From a virus, in IMG/VR virus record IMGVR_UViG_3300029391_000001, positions 19,880 through 83,879 of that record: DNA of 64,000 nucleotides; one strand, 5' to 3'. The position numbers were made by a program, and so were the translations under genes. The notes below the pieces were generated by a model that saw only the letters and a list, made by a program, of their open reading frames with translations, ran no database searches and was not told where the DNA came from. Below are positions 12,246-22,613 of the stretch, piece by piece. How positions within the stretch are numbered: position 1 is the stretch's first letter; each line of letters opens with the position of its first letter.

Positions 12246-12591
12246 AAGTGTCGTTAATAATTGCTTTCTCTATTGTAGTATCTTTATATAAACCATGTTG
12301 TAGTATATTTCTTACTTGATGGTCTACTTGATTCCATATATCTAATAATATAGAAGAATCATCTGAAAGACTATATTGTGGATAGCTAGCCCTTAAACTG
12401 CTAAGTACTTTGCCATTAATGTAAATGTCAAATACGAAATTTTTTATATCATCTGTAGTTTCTCCAGAAATTCCTGCAGCTCTTTGTAAAAGTTTAAGAG
12501 CCTTTTCATATACTTCCCTTTCTTCACGCTCAATTCTTGAAGAATTGAACATCATCATATTTGCGGCTACTGACATATTAGTACGATACAC
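12223..12591 (-). CDS. hypothetical protein
   Basis: ORF track. Confidence 0.4.
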   Translation of the reverse strand: MYRTNMSVAANMMMFNSSRIEREEREVYEKALKLLQRAAGISGETTDDIKNFVFDIYINGKVLSSLRASYPQYSLSDDSSILLDIWNQVDHQVRNILQHGLYKDTTIEKAIINDTFEGYDKL

Positions 12592-12740
12592 TTAGCTTAT
12601 TTAAGTTGTCTAGATAATCTAAGAACCATTGTTCGTTTTGTTTTCCTTCTTCTACAATAGTATTAATTAAAGATTCTGTAGCTAATAGTGTTATTTCTGC
12701 TAGCTCCTCTAATTCCGATTTAGTAAGTTCGTTATATTTT

Positions 12741-13055
12741 TCAATCAAGTTTAACATAATCCATCCAGTCTTTTATATATGATTTACATTCTTCCAAATC
12801 TGGATAGATACTTGTTATAGAGCATCCAGTTTTCGGATTTTTAAAGTGGTGCATCTTAGCCTCTTCTTTTTTCTCCTCTTCTGTATTTCTATTTAATGTT
12901 CTATTCCAATAGTTGTACTTTTCATCTAACATTTCCATATTACATTCCTCTAATATTTTCATATTAGGGTTATTCATTATCTTGTCGTATTTTCTCTTTA
13001 AATTAGAGACTTTGACAACATCATTTCCATTTAATACAACTGCACACTGTTTCAT
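12741..13055 (-). CDS. hypothetical protein
   Basis: ORF track. Confidence 0.4.
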   Translation of the reverse strand: MKQCAVVLNGNDVVKVSNLKRKYDKIMNNPNMKILEECNMEMLDEKYNYWNRTLNRNTEEEKKEEAKMHHFKNPKTGCSITSIYPDLEECKSYIKDWMDYVKLD

Positions 13056-13279
13056 TTCAATACCTTATAAGTACATATCTTGCCTATCTGTTTTCCTTGA
13101 ATTGTTATTTGCGGAAGAAAATAGCAGGCTTGATTCTCAAATTCTTGAGGTACAAAGATATAATCAAACTTACTTCCAACTACCTTCTCACAAACTTTAT
13201 TCCAATCGTCTCCCTCTTCTATAATAAGAGTTTTAGCTCCTGTTGGAGTTACTACATAATTCTCATTTAATTTTATCAT
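13052..13279 (-). CDS. hypothetical protein (ORF trimmed to internal Met)
   Basis: The 5' extension in the ORF track is translation of the suppressor tRNA T-arm. Confidence 0.35.
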   Translation of the reverse strand: MIKLNENYVVTPTGAKTLIIEEGDDWNKVCEKVVGSKFDYIFVPQEFENQACYFLPQITIQGKQIGKICTYKVLK

Positions 13280-13296
13280 AACTATTAATTTTGGCG

Positions 13297-13368
13297 TTGC
13301 CCTACTAGGATTCGAACCCAGACTAAATGATTTAGAGTCATCTGTGCTGACCATTACACCATAGGGCA
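13297..13368 (-). tRNA. suppressor tRNA, anticodon CUA (reads TAG); Gln-type body
   Basis: Full cloverleaf: acceptor tgcccta/tagggca (U1:A72), D-arm gtgt/gcac, anticodon stem gatga/tcatt, loop cuCUAaa, T-arm ctggg-ttcgaat-cctag. Nearly identical in architecture to tRNA-Gln(TTG) at 27771. Confidence 0.8.
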
Positions 13369-13506
13369 GTAACTTATTTCTCTTTTAGAGATTTATTTTC
13401 TGCTGCCAATTTCTCTAGTTCTTTTCTTAATTGTTCATTTTCGTGAAATAAAGCCTGCATAGTAGCGTTGATATTAGCTAATAGTATTCTCATTTGAGCA
13501 ACCTAT

Positions 13507-13908
13507 TCATACATAAGCTTTCAGTTGTTCAATTCTCTTTTTAGCTATATCTGACAATGCCATTTTAAATTTAGCAATACCAGCTCTTACTGTTTCTAAC
13601 TTGCCGCTTTCTAAGCATTCTTGTATTTTATGAACTTCAAGCTCTCCTAGATATTCGCATACATCTATAAATAAATCATCATCTAGAGATTCTAAATATT
13701 TCTGGAATTGGTCTACCTCTTTATTAGCTAGACAGCTTTCTTCCTTCTATCTTTCATAAGATATTAATAAGAACAAAGAATCGTCGGTAGATTCGGACTT
13801 AATAGTTAGCCCATTACCAGACATATAATATTCTTGATTCGTATTAATTGCCTCAACTAGCTATTTAAACTAGTCCTAATTTAACAATGTTTCTAAGTCT
13901 GTAATCAT
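13507..13908 (-). CDS. hypothetical protein; 4 in-frame TAG
   Basis: Hand-translated ATG 13906-13908 to TGA 13507-13509; 402 nt in frame. Confidence 0.4.
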
Positions 13909-14070
13909 AATTGTTTTCTTTTTAGTTATATACAACAATAACCTCCGAAAAGTTAAACGCAAAGTTAAAAAATTCTAATTCAAATATTATACATATTTTA
14001 TATATTAAGGGGAAAGTCGGTACAGGTACTTTATATAAATAGCCCCCTGGGGTTATTATAAATTCCGACT

Positions 14071-14649
14071 TTAAAAATTGGTGATGTTATTATATAGGTC
14101 AGAAATTAGCTTTTTAAATTCTTCTGTAGACATATCATTTTTCATGGCATTTACTCTATTGGTTGTAATTACAACATTTCCTTCTATATATCCTAAATTA
14201 CTATCTATTCTATCTAAGGAATAGTCTTCGTAATTTTCTGGCACCAATCCAGTGTAATAGTCTTTATACTCTTGTTTTAATAGTAGTTCTTTTATATATT
14301 CTAACGTTAGATTGTATTCTAATACTTTACTTCTTCTTCTCTTACACTGGGAAGACTTCTTTAATAGAAATTGAGCTATCATATTATCTTGAGTTTTTTC
14401 ATTAGATTCTAATTTCTTAATATTCTTATTTGTTTTGTATCCAAATTCTGTCTTGATTGCATTTTCTGGTTTTAGTCCTTTCACTATATTAAATTCGCCA
14501 ATTATATTAAATAAACTATCCTCTTCTAATGTCTCTAAGATTCCATTTACTGAACGTAAAAAATTCCATCCATTTTCGTTCCCATTTACTCTCCTAGCCA
14601 TTTCTTTCTTAGAAAGGTCTTCTGTTATATTTTGTTCTACACATCTCAA
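14071..14649 (-). CDS. HNH-like endonuclease (weak)
   Basis: SLDRID...GY.EGN...N..K pattern. Confidence 0.35.
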   Translation of the reverse strand: MRCVEQNITEDLSKKEMARRVNGNENGWNFLRSVNGILETLEEDSLFNIIGEFNIVKGLKPENAIKTEFGYKTNKNIKKLESNEKTQDNMIAQFLLKKSSQCKRRRSKVLEYNLTLEYIKELLLKQEYKDYYTGLVPENYEDYSLDRIDSNLGYIEGNVVITTNRVNAMKNDMSTEEFKKLISDLYNNITNF

Positions 14650-14912
14650 TAAGAAATCTTTCTGAGAATTAGAAAGTCTAATATAAATTCTGGACAGTCT
14701 ATATGTTTTAATATTTTATATCTATTATAAAATCCGTTTATTGTGTGGTTTTCTATATATTTCAGTTCTACTAAATCTTTTAACATCTGCGGAATGTTTT
14801 TAGTAGCAAATCCAAATTTATGATTTAATTCTGACCCACTAAAATGAGAAAATTCTCCGTTTTCTTCATAGGCGTTTATTACCGCCAGTAGTACATTTAA
14901 ATTTCTTTTCAT
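14646..14912 (-). CDS. hypothetical protein
   Basis: ORF track. Confidence 0.35.
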   Translation of the reverse strand: MKRNLNVLLAVINAYEENGEFSHFSGSELNHKFGFATKNIPQMLKDLVELKYIENHTINGFYNRYKILKHIDCPEFILDFLILRKISY

Positions 14913-15168
14913 ATTTATTCAGTTTAATGTTATTACTTATCTATACAAGAATATCGGAGGGTCAAAGTTAAAATTATCAAAAATACTAACTCCAGCATAA
15001 TGTCAGTATTTTACATTAAGACGAAAATGAGGATAGGTATTACTTATGAAAAACTTACATAGTGGCTGTAGCGCGTGCCCACAACCCCTTTAGTCCCCCC
15101 CTGTATATTGATATAAAACTAAAACAAAAACAACTCACAGTATTAACAAATTAAAAATTTTTAGTATT

Positions 15169-15615
15169 ATGACACTCGAAGAATTGAAAGACCAGAACGT
15201 AAGCGCAGTAGAAAGAGCTAAGGCAGTAGTATCAGCATTGGGACTGAAAGGTGATGAACGCTCAGTTGTTGTCGGCTTGTCAAAGGGCGATAAGTTTAAG
15301 TTGGTAGCAATGAACAAGGTAGATTTGCCTGCAAATGCCAACCAACCAAACCAAAGCAACTTTACACCAATCACATTTAGCACTGACACAGGTGCAACCA
15401 TTGGTGCAAAACACTTTGCGGGCGTAGAAATCGACGACGATGCTCCGGCAATCGGTTCAACTCCGTTGGAAAATGCCGCTTTCCTTGTTTATTGCATTGA
15501 CCACAATGTAACATTTAAGGTAGACAAAAAGGTAACGGAAGACATTGAAGCTACCACTGACCGCCAAGCCTACAAGAAAAATACTTACAAGCTGGTAGTG
15601 GAAGACTATGATTAA
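15169..15615 (+). CDS. hypothetical protein; first plus-strand gene after a divergent intergenic region
   Basis: ORF track; 256-nt AT-rich gap upstream. Confidence 0.5.
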   Translation: MTLEELKDQNVSAVERAKAVVSALGLKGDERSVVVGLSKGDKFKLVAMNKVDLPANANQPNQSNFTPITFSTDTGATIGAKHFAGVEIDDDAPAIGSTPLENAAFLVYCIDHNVTFKVDKKVTEDIEATTDRQAYKKNTYKLVVEDYD

Positions 15616-16628
15616 AAGATTGGGGAGAAATCCCCTTTCTTTTACATACAAATAATCTTTGTAGAAATGGACATAAGAAAAAAGTTTAAGACTATAAAGT
15701 GTTTGTATAATTGGGGCATAATCTATGACCCAAAGACTAATGAAAAGTTAAATTTCAAATCCAAACGTGTTTATTGCGTAACTTCTTGGGCTTGGATTAT
15801 GACCTATCAAAAGTCAGAAGAAGATATTCCTGAGATAATTAGGATAGTCTTTGTAGATTAACTCTAAGGTACTATGAGTTTTAAATAAAGTGCCCACATG
15901 AACCCCATCATCGGAACGTTGGTTAACGGGGAAAACAACATTACAACAAATCAAATCAAAGTTTTTGTTTAGTTTTAGGATTATATCTGGCAGCTTGGAA
16001 AGACAAGCAAAATCTTTATACCTATCTGCTAATAGGTTTAGTGTTCAACGCGAACATTCGGTAAAAGAAGGAAATTGTACACTCAAAAAGACCCTCAATT
16101 TCCGGACTTTTTCCGATTTTCAAAAAATCCGCCAGAGTAGGAGTTATATAGCTCACACTCTCTATGGACATTATTTAGTATTTAGCCTATAAAAAGGCAA
16201 CAAAAAGCGAGGCTACGCAGAAGAGCCTAACACCAAAAATAACTGCTACAAATTCTATGTGCATATTCGCAAACTTGAGCACTATAGGATTTAGGTTGAG
16301 CTGTAAGGATTGGTCACTTATAGCAATATTATGAGTACTGCTGATATGTCAGTGACCGTACATATCACATATAAAATATGTTATACAATTATGTTAGAAG
16401 TTGCCAGGTCTAAGAAGCCTGATTAAAATCTCTAGATAGTAAGAGAGAACCTCATAAGGGTTCATTTTCCATCTCGAACCTATTCGCAAGTTTATAGACT
16501 AGCTATCTATAAATTTAGTGATGGAATACCAACGAAGTTGGTGTTCCCGCTTTGCGAACGTTGATAACGTCCTCAGCATGGAAAACTGAGAAATAATCTC
16601 CTATCTTATTCTAGATATAGATAGGATT

Positions 16629-16685
16629 TCCCTACTGGTGCGTCTCCCGCTGGAGAAGATTCTGGTTCAAGTCCAGAGTAGGGAA
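16629..16685 (+). ncRNA. tRNA-like minihelix (acceptor stem, tetraloop hairpin, T-arm; no D or anticodon arm)
   Basis: tccctac/gtaggga 7-bp acceptor; T-arm tctgg-ttcaagt-ccaga; internal hairpin tctcc-cgct-ggaga. Confidence 0.4.
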
Positions 16686-16827
16686 CTACTAAGTTGCAAT
16701 ATTCATATTATTGTCGGACCATAATGGGTATGCCCTGAGACTATGCAGTTGTTGTGAAATAACTCAAAGTATTGTGGCACAGGAAGGTCTAGTCGTCACT
16801 TTGCTCATTTTATTAATTTTCATTTTG

Positions 16828-16852
16828 ACTAAAAGGCACAGCGGTGCCTTTA
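16828..16852. terminator. hairpin aaaggcac-agcg-gtgccttt, possible bidirectional terminator
   Basis: Perfect 8-bp stem with a T/A run. Confidence 0.35.
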
Positions 16853-17271
16853 CTCTCAAGATAAGAACAACCTTTACGTGGTTTGAGAGATAAGTAAGCT
16901 ACTTCAGCTGAAACTAATAGTTCTAGTAACAATTAAAAATATTTACCATGAAAGAGAAAATGAAACGTATTGAGGAGTACACTAAAGCAATGAGAGAGCT
17001 ACTAGATAAACTCTTGGAGCAAAACCCAGATCTATGATGAAATATGGGGAGCTTATGTTGCAGGCATGAAGGTGTTCTTATAACTCCTATTCTAGCTGAG
17101 AATTAAAACTAGCTGGCTTTTATTACTCTTTGTAAAAGCTCAAAAATTAAAAAGAGAAATCTAGAACGGTAAGCCCGGTTCTCTTCATCCTTTAACTGAT
17201 TTAGAAGTAAAACAGAAATTAGTTGGCAGCCTGGAATAGACAGGCATTTTTAACTAAAAATTATAGAAAAA

Positions 17272-17736
17272 ATGAACACAGTAGAAATTAACAGCTTAAA
17301 GAAGTATTCAGAGTTTACAACAACATTTCGTATTCCATTCAAAAAGGCAAATGATGTAGAAGCTAAATGCTATACGCCTATGGATGTAATTGACGCTTGG
17401 AAAGAAGTATGCATACAGGCGTTAGAAATGAGAATGGAGGCGTGTCTGTTAATGTTGCTCAAGAACAGAGATCGAGTGATAGAATCTGACGAAGAATGTG
17501 TTGTTTTCAGAAAACCCAACGGACATCTTCATTTCTTCAACCACTCCAGCTTTCAGGCTATGGAAGCTCTAGTAGTAGCTCTTGTAGTAGAGGGTCCTAT
17601 AGTACTCGACTCCCTCCTAGTAGACCTATTATTGAAGGCTTTGTACTGGATTCCAGAAAAGTTGAAAAAAGATCATCAAGAATTTGGATTTGGAGAATTA
17701 ATAAGCTGTTTGACCTGCCTAGCCTACAAAGCTTAG
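17272..17736 (+). CDS. hypothetical protein
   Basis: ORF track. Confidence 0.45.
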   Translation: MNTVEINSLKKYSEFTTTFRIPFKKANDVEAKCYTPMDVIDAWKEVCIQALEMRMEACLLMLLKNRDRVIESDEECVVFRKPNGHLHFFNHSSFQAMEALVVALVVEGPIVLDSLLVDLLLKALYWIPEKLKKDHQEFGFGELISCLTCLAYKA

Positions 17737-17899
17737 GCTGAATAAAAAACTCAATAACTTCCCAAGACATTGAGGGCACCAGTTTCTTATGAATAAATAC
17801 TCTGAAAAGCCTATATGGGCAGGACAGAGCCTCGAAAGTCTTAGACCAGAGAGATAGTAAGTTTTAGGTGTAAAATGCGATTAATAAAAGAAAAAGATT

Positions 17900-18151
17900 A
17901 TGGAACAGTATTTAGATGCAAAAATTAAGAGATTTACTCAAAAGCAATTATTCAAGAAAATAACTAAAGTTAAAACTATGCTAGGTTTAGGAGGATTACA
18001 TCCTGAGAAATACCTAGAAGTTGTACCCGAACATAAAAATTGTGTCCTAGTTGACTTCAATCCAGCAGATGCATTAGTAAGAAGAAATTCTCTTATTGGA
18101 GAGTTTGATTTACTTACTAATTCTCCAGCGGAGAGACGAGAGAACAATTGA
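17900..18151 (+). CDS. hypothetical protein
   Basis: ORF track. Confidence 0.4.
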   Translation: MEQYLDAKIKRFTQKQLFKKITKVKTMLGLGGLHPEKYLEVVPEHKNCVLVDFNPADALVRRNSLIGEFDLLTNSPAERRENN

Positions 18152-18341
18152 GTGGTTGGCAAAGAATTTCCCAGAACTTGATATTCCAAGAAATTACGTG
18201 TTTATAAATGATACAAGATGTAAGGAGATTGGATATCGTCAGTATGTTAAACGTATGTATGATCCAACTAGAGACAGATTCTTAGACATATACAGAGATT
18301 CTGGAGATAACATGATTACCGGACTAATTAAAATCCTCTGA
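18096..18341 (+). CDS. hypothetical protein
   Basis: ORF track. Confidence 0.35.
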   Translation: MESLIYLLILQRRDERTIEWLAKNFPELDIPRNYVFINDTRCKEIGYRQYVKRMYDPTRDRFLDIYRDSGDNMITGLIKIL

Positions 18342-18406
18342 TGAGTCTTTGAAAATTAAGACGAAACTACCCATCTTTGGGTAGTCAGGATTAAAAAGAA
18401 AAAGAA

Positions 18407-18607
18407 ATGAGAAAGTACAACAGATTAAATTGCGATTCAACTGTTCGCGCAAGATTTATAGATACTTGGGGACGAGTAATAACTTTAGTCGGAACCCATG
18501 CCTTCGAATATGCCATTCACATAGAAGGAGTAAGAACAGTTACTGAAACATTTGAGAATGGAACATTAGCAAGAAAAAGATTTAACGAATTAAAAAAGAA
18601 ACCATGA
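18407..18607 (+). CDS. hypothetical protein
   Basis: ORF track. Confidence 0.4.
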   Translation: MRKYNRLNCDSTVRARFIDTWGRVITLVGTHAFEYAIHIEGVRTVTETFENGTLARKRFNELKKKP

Positions 18608-18837
18608 GAAAGAGATTTAAGATGAGCAGAATTGCTTCATCAGACAACTATGAGTTGTCAAGAAAGATTCGCGCAATGTACCTCCAAAGATTTCACGAAG
18701 AGAACATAGAAGTGATTACAGAGATTTCATCTACATTAGTAATTAAAGAACAAAAGTATATTCGGGTATTTGGGAAGTTAATTCCTGTTTCCGAAGAAGA
18801 ATTGAGAATACATAACACTTTAATATCTGTGAGATGA
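18604..18837 (+). CDS. hypothetical protein
   Basis: ORF track; ATGA overlap. Confidence 0.4.
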   Translation: MRKRFKMSRIASSDNYELSRKIRAMYLQRFHEENIEVITEISSTLVIKEQKYIRVFGKLIPVSEEELRIHNTLISVR

Positions 18838-19076
18838 TGGAAGATTTGTTAACAATAGTAAGATGGGCAATAACATTGCCTGTTTGGTTGCTAGAACATA
18901 TACTTAAGGCTATGACCTTAATAGTTCTGGTATTGGTAATCATCGTCATGGCGGTATTATATCCGCTATTTCGGTCTATCTGGCGTAAGACAGGACAGTC
19001 TACGATTTTTAAGTATGCAACAAAATGGAGAGGAAACTATCCGCTAACCAAAAAAGTATTTGACTTATGGCAATGA
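18834..19076 (+). CDS. small membrane protein
   Basis: Two hydrophobic helices. Confidence 0.4.
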   Translation: MMEDLLTIVRWAITLPVWLLEHILKAMTLIVLVLVIIVMAVLYPLFRSIWRKTGQSTIFKYATKWRGNYPLTKKVFDLWQ

Positions 19077-19353
19077 TGAGAAGAATTACCGAAATAAACG
19101 GTGAGATAATTGTGGTAGAAACTATGATTATCGTAGGAGAGATAGTATTGATTACAGTACAAATAAATGGAGAACTAGTTCGCTATGAAATATTATCTGT
19201 TAGACAGTTATGGGAAGGTCGTTAGGGCCTTCTCAAGCTGGTCTGAGGCTAACAAATTTCGTATAACTAGAAATAGACCAGATTGGAGGATTGTATGACA
19301 TACATCGTTGTATTTATAATATTAATCATCATGTGGAAAATGATTGAAGACGA

Positions 19354-20313
19354 ATGAAAACAGTATTAACCCATACAGGAAAAATCTATGTTGATACAGA
19401 ACATAGACTAGAGTTCTTAACTGTAGGAGACTATGGTAAGGAGAACAACATCAAGGCTGATTTCTTAGGTCTAACTAAGGAAATCAATGGAGTAGAGAAT
19501 ACAGCAGTAGACCTAAGCAAGAAATGGGTAGCAACTATTTCAACTCAGAAAGGCTGTCCTATGCATTGTAAATTCTGTGATGTTCCCAAGTTTGGATTCT
19601 ATGGAAATGCTTCTATAGAAGATATGGATAGACAAATCCGAACTATTATAGAAGGCGAAAGTGTCAGAGAAACAGACAGGTTTAATGTACACTTTGCTAG
19701 AATGGGAGAACCAACATGGAATGATAATGTATTAGCATTTGGACTTGCTCTCAGAGGTATGGTTAAGTCTGCAGGGTTAATAGCTAAAACTGTTCATCCA
19801 GTAGTTTCCACGATGCTTCCGAAAGCAAATAATAAGCTTGGAAACTTCTTACAGGTTTGGTGTAGCATAAAAAATGAGTTCTACAATGGAGAAGCAGGCT
19901 TGCAGTTTTCAATCAATTCTACAGACGATGAACAGAGAAATGAGCTGTTTGACTCTAAGAGTTTGTCACTAGCACAAATTTCTCGGTTGGCTGACGAGTT
20001 ACCAATGCCGGTAGGCAGAAAGTATACTCTAAACTTTCCAGTAACCTCACAAACTATTCTCGATGCGAAGGAATTGTCAAAGCTATTTGATAGGGAGAAA
20101 TTTATTGTTAAAATCACTCCTATACATGAAACAGCTTCTGCTATAGAGAATGGTTTCCAGGTAACTGGATACTCTGATTATGACGTTTATCGTCGCTTTG
20201 AACAACCTTTATTGAAAGAAGGTTGGGATGTTATAGTGTTTGTTCCATCTAAGGAGGAAGATTCTGACCGAATTACTTGTGGGAACGCACTAATCTCTGA
20301 AGAGAAGATTTAA
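19354..20313 (+). CDS. radical SAM domain protein
   Basis: CPMHCKFC = CxxxCxxC cluster. Confidence 0.55.
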   Translation: MKTVLTHTGKIYVDTEHRLEFLTVGDYGKENNIKADFLGLTKEINGVENTAVDLSKKWVATISTQKGCPMHCKFCDVPKFGFYGNASIEDMDRQIRTIIEGESVRETDRFNVHFARMGEPTWNDNVLAFGLALRGMVKSAGLIAKTVHPVVSTMLPKANNKLGNFLQVWCSIKNEFYNGEAGLQFSINSTDDEQRNELFDSKSLSLAQISRLADELPMPVGRKYTLNFPVTSQTILDAKELSKLFDREKFIVKITPIHETASAIENGFQVTGYSDYDVYRRFEQPLLKEGWDVIVFVPSKEEDSDRITCGNALISEEKI

Positions 20314-20375
20314 CAATTCTTAACTAAGAGAAATCTAGATTATACTATATAATAGTAGGCAAACTCTTAGTTATC

Positions 20376-20447
20376 CTTTCCTTAGTTCAATGGATAGAAC
20401 CTCTGTCTTCTAAACAGATAATTCCAGTTCGAATCTGGAAGGAAAGA
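20376..20447 (+). tRNA. tRNA-Arg(TCT)
   Basis: Cloverleaf by hand; loop cuUCUaa. Confidence 0.75.
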
Positions 20448-20454
20448 CTATTAT

Positions 20455-20525
20455 TCTCCCTTAGCTCAACGGTAGAGCTTTCGACTTTTAATCGAAAGAC
20501 AAGAGTTCGACTCTCTTAGGGAGAA
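20455..20525 (+). tRNA. tRNA-Lys(TTT)
   Basis: Cloverleaf by hand; loop cuUUUaa; CCA encoded. Confidence 0.75.
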
Positions 20526-20705
20526 CCAACTTTAAATAATTAAGCTATGATAAATGTAGACGAATTAAGAAACAAAAAGTAGCTCGGAGAGCGTATAGCC
20601 ATTGGTGAATTATCAAAATATGGATTAGATATTTTATTACCAATGTCTGACAATCTACCATTTGATTTTGTTATATATTATAATAACAAGTTTTACAGAA
20701 CTTAG

Positions 20706-20918
20706 GTGAAAACTACTGCGAGTAAAACTGTAAATAACTCGTTGAACTTTAGTTTAACAAGTAATAATTATAACAAAGGGACCGTTCACAAATACAACGA
20801 GGATGAAATAGATATTATGATATGTTGCGACCTTCATAACATCTATATATTTCCAGAATGTGATGTTGCTAATAGAAATTCTATTACTATTAGGGAGGAA
20901 CCTCCAGCTAATAATTAG
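20706..20918 (+). CDS. hypothetical protein
   Basis: ORF track. Confidence 0.35.
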   Translation: MKTTASKTVNNSLNFSLTSNNYNKGTVHKYNEDEIDIMICCDLHNIYIFPECDVANRNSITIREEPPANN

Positions 20919-21071
20919 ACAAAAGGTATAAACTTTGCAAAAGATTGCATCATATCTATAGAAAGATTAAATTATACTTTCTCTAAGATAGAGAAATAAT
21001 TCCCTATTAATAGGGAAGTCTTTTTCTTTTATTCTGCTAGTAAACATTTGTTGTGAAACACGTGTTTGCAT

Positions 21072-21144
21072 CTGGGTATAGTCGAGTTGGTAAGATGCTA
21101 CATTTGGGATGTAGAGACCGCAGGTTCGAGTCCTGCTATCCAGA
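21072..21144 (+). tRNA. tRNA-Pro(TGG)
   Basis: Cloverleaf; loop uuUGGga. Confidence 0.7.
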
Positions 21145-21349
21145 CAAGAAGTAATCAACATTCACTATTAGTACAGCAATTAGGACTGTAGGGTGCCTTT
21201 TAGATGAATCCCTGATTACTCCAATTAACAGAGGTGAGTTCCCTTAAAATTGTTACCACGCACTAGTGCGGCTACTAGAGGACTTGGGGTGCCAAGAGGA
21301 AGAATTGTAGTAGCTATGTTAATTAGAACAAATCTGTTAATTGCTTTAT

Positions 21350-21433
21350 GGGATAGCGCCAACGATGGAGAGTTGGGACGGACTGTAAATCCGTTGCCTT
21401 TAGGCTTAGTAGGTTCGAATCCTACCTATCCCA
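21350..21433 (+). tRNA. tRNA-Tyr(GTA), type II
   Basis: Long variable arm; loop cuGUAaa. Confidence 0.7.
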
Positions 21434-21460
21434 CAATTATGTAAAATAACTTACCAAAAG

Positions 21461-21661
21461 ATGATAAGAATTTCTAGAATTGTAGCTAAGGATAGAATAG
21501 CAGATTTGCTAGACTTGAATTTCGTATCTAAGATAACTCTTAGACAAGGATTCAAAAATCCTGCAATTTGCAGAGTGGAAATCTATCTCCAAGTAGATAA
21601 TGATACAGAATACTTTAATAGTGTTATGAGTAACATTGTTGACTGGGGGAAAGGAGCGTAA
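21461..21661 (+). CDS. hypothetical protein
   Basis: ORF track. Confidence 0.35.
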   Translation: MIRISRIVAKDRIADLLDLNFVSKITLRQGFKNPAICRVEIYLQVDNDTEYFNSVMSNIVDWGKGA

Positions 21662-22037
21662 TTGTAATATTGCTGTTACCACAGCAAATATGGCTCTACA
21701 TGATGGATTTATTAAAGAGTCTGCATTTGATGACTTTGATTATCCTATGCCAAAAAAGTATAAGGACTTATGCAGCGTATATTCTGACGAATATTTTAGA
21801 CTATTTAATAGGAGAAAGATATAATGGAAGACAAATATGAAGGGCTATCTGATGAAGAACTCAAAGAAATCTTCGAAGATATGCAGGCAGACTATTGGAT
21901 AGATTATTATCAATCTATCTATGAATAAAACCCTATTAGCGAGACCTAGGATATGGATTTTAGAAATATGTATACCCACTGCATATAGGTTAGTCATATT
22001 TAAATGAGGAAACCAGGGTTCTCTACTAGGTCGATTC

Positions 22038-22121
22038 GGGATTGTAACCGGTAATTGGTAGCCGCGCAGACTGTAAATCTGCTCTCTTTTGAGACTGGAG
22101 GTTCGAGTCCTCCCAATCCCA
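22038..22121 (+). tRNA. second type II tRNA with GTA anticodon (Tyr-like); D-arm irregular
   Basis: Acceptor gggattg/caatccc, T-arm ggagg-ttcgagt-cctcc, loop cuGUAaa, long variable arm; I could not pair the D-stem cleanly. Confidence 0.5.
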
Positions 22122-22139
22122 CACTAATTTCAATATATT

Positions 22140-22355
22140 ATGATGATATTTGTATATTCAGCATTTATATACGTAATAAGCACGTACATAGTTGGCCTTT
22201 ATATGGCAGTAAATGAACGATTTGTTACAGTTAGAAGACTCGCAATAATGGCATTACCAGTAATAAATACTATATTTGTTATTGTAATACTATTATTTGA
22301 TATTAAACCATTTATAAAAACAGTTATAAACGAATTTAAAGAAATTACAAAATGA
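22140..22355 (+). CDS. small membrane protein
   Basis: Hydrophobic. Confidence 0.4.
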   Translation: MMIFVYSAFIYVISTYIVGLYMAVNERFVTVRRLAIMALPVINTIFVIVILLFDIKPFIKTVINEFKEITK

Positions 22356-22361
22356 CAAATT

Positions 22362-22613
22362 ATGAGTACGGAGAAGGATACTTACCAGAAATCTGGTACT
22401 AGTGTAGTATTTCAAAAAGAAATTAAGCAGTGTAGAGAATGTCCGCACTGCTTAATTGTTCCTGACCCAGATCCTAATGACTGGTTCAATGATGACGACG
22501 AGAAAGCGCTCTGTAAGGAGTCTGAGAATAAACTAATTGAAGGAATGTTAAGACCTTACGAAAGGGTATTAATTCCGGATTGGTGTCCATTAAAAACTAA
22601 TAAACAAAAATGA
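22362..22613 (+). CDS. Cys-containing hypothetical protein
   Basis: ORF track. Confidence 0.4.
   Translation: MSTEKDTYQKSGTSVVFQKEIKQCRECPHCLIVPDPDPNDWFNDDDEKALCKESENKLIEGMLRPYERVLIPDWCPLKTNKQK

Noticed and set aside
16629-16685. tmRNA gene
   Set aside because: Both acceptor strands lie within 57 nt with no intervening mRNA-like or pseudoknot domain and no tag-peptide ORF. A permuted tmRNA layout also does not fit. Kept as a tRNA-like minihelix.
21165-21349. Additional tRNA between Pro and Tyr
   Set aside because: Hairpins are present (gcactagtgc palindrome, gttaatt direct repeat) but there is no acceptor/T-arm combination. No call made.
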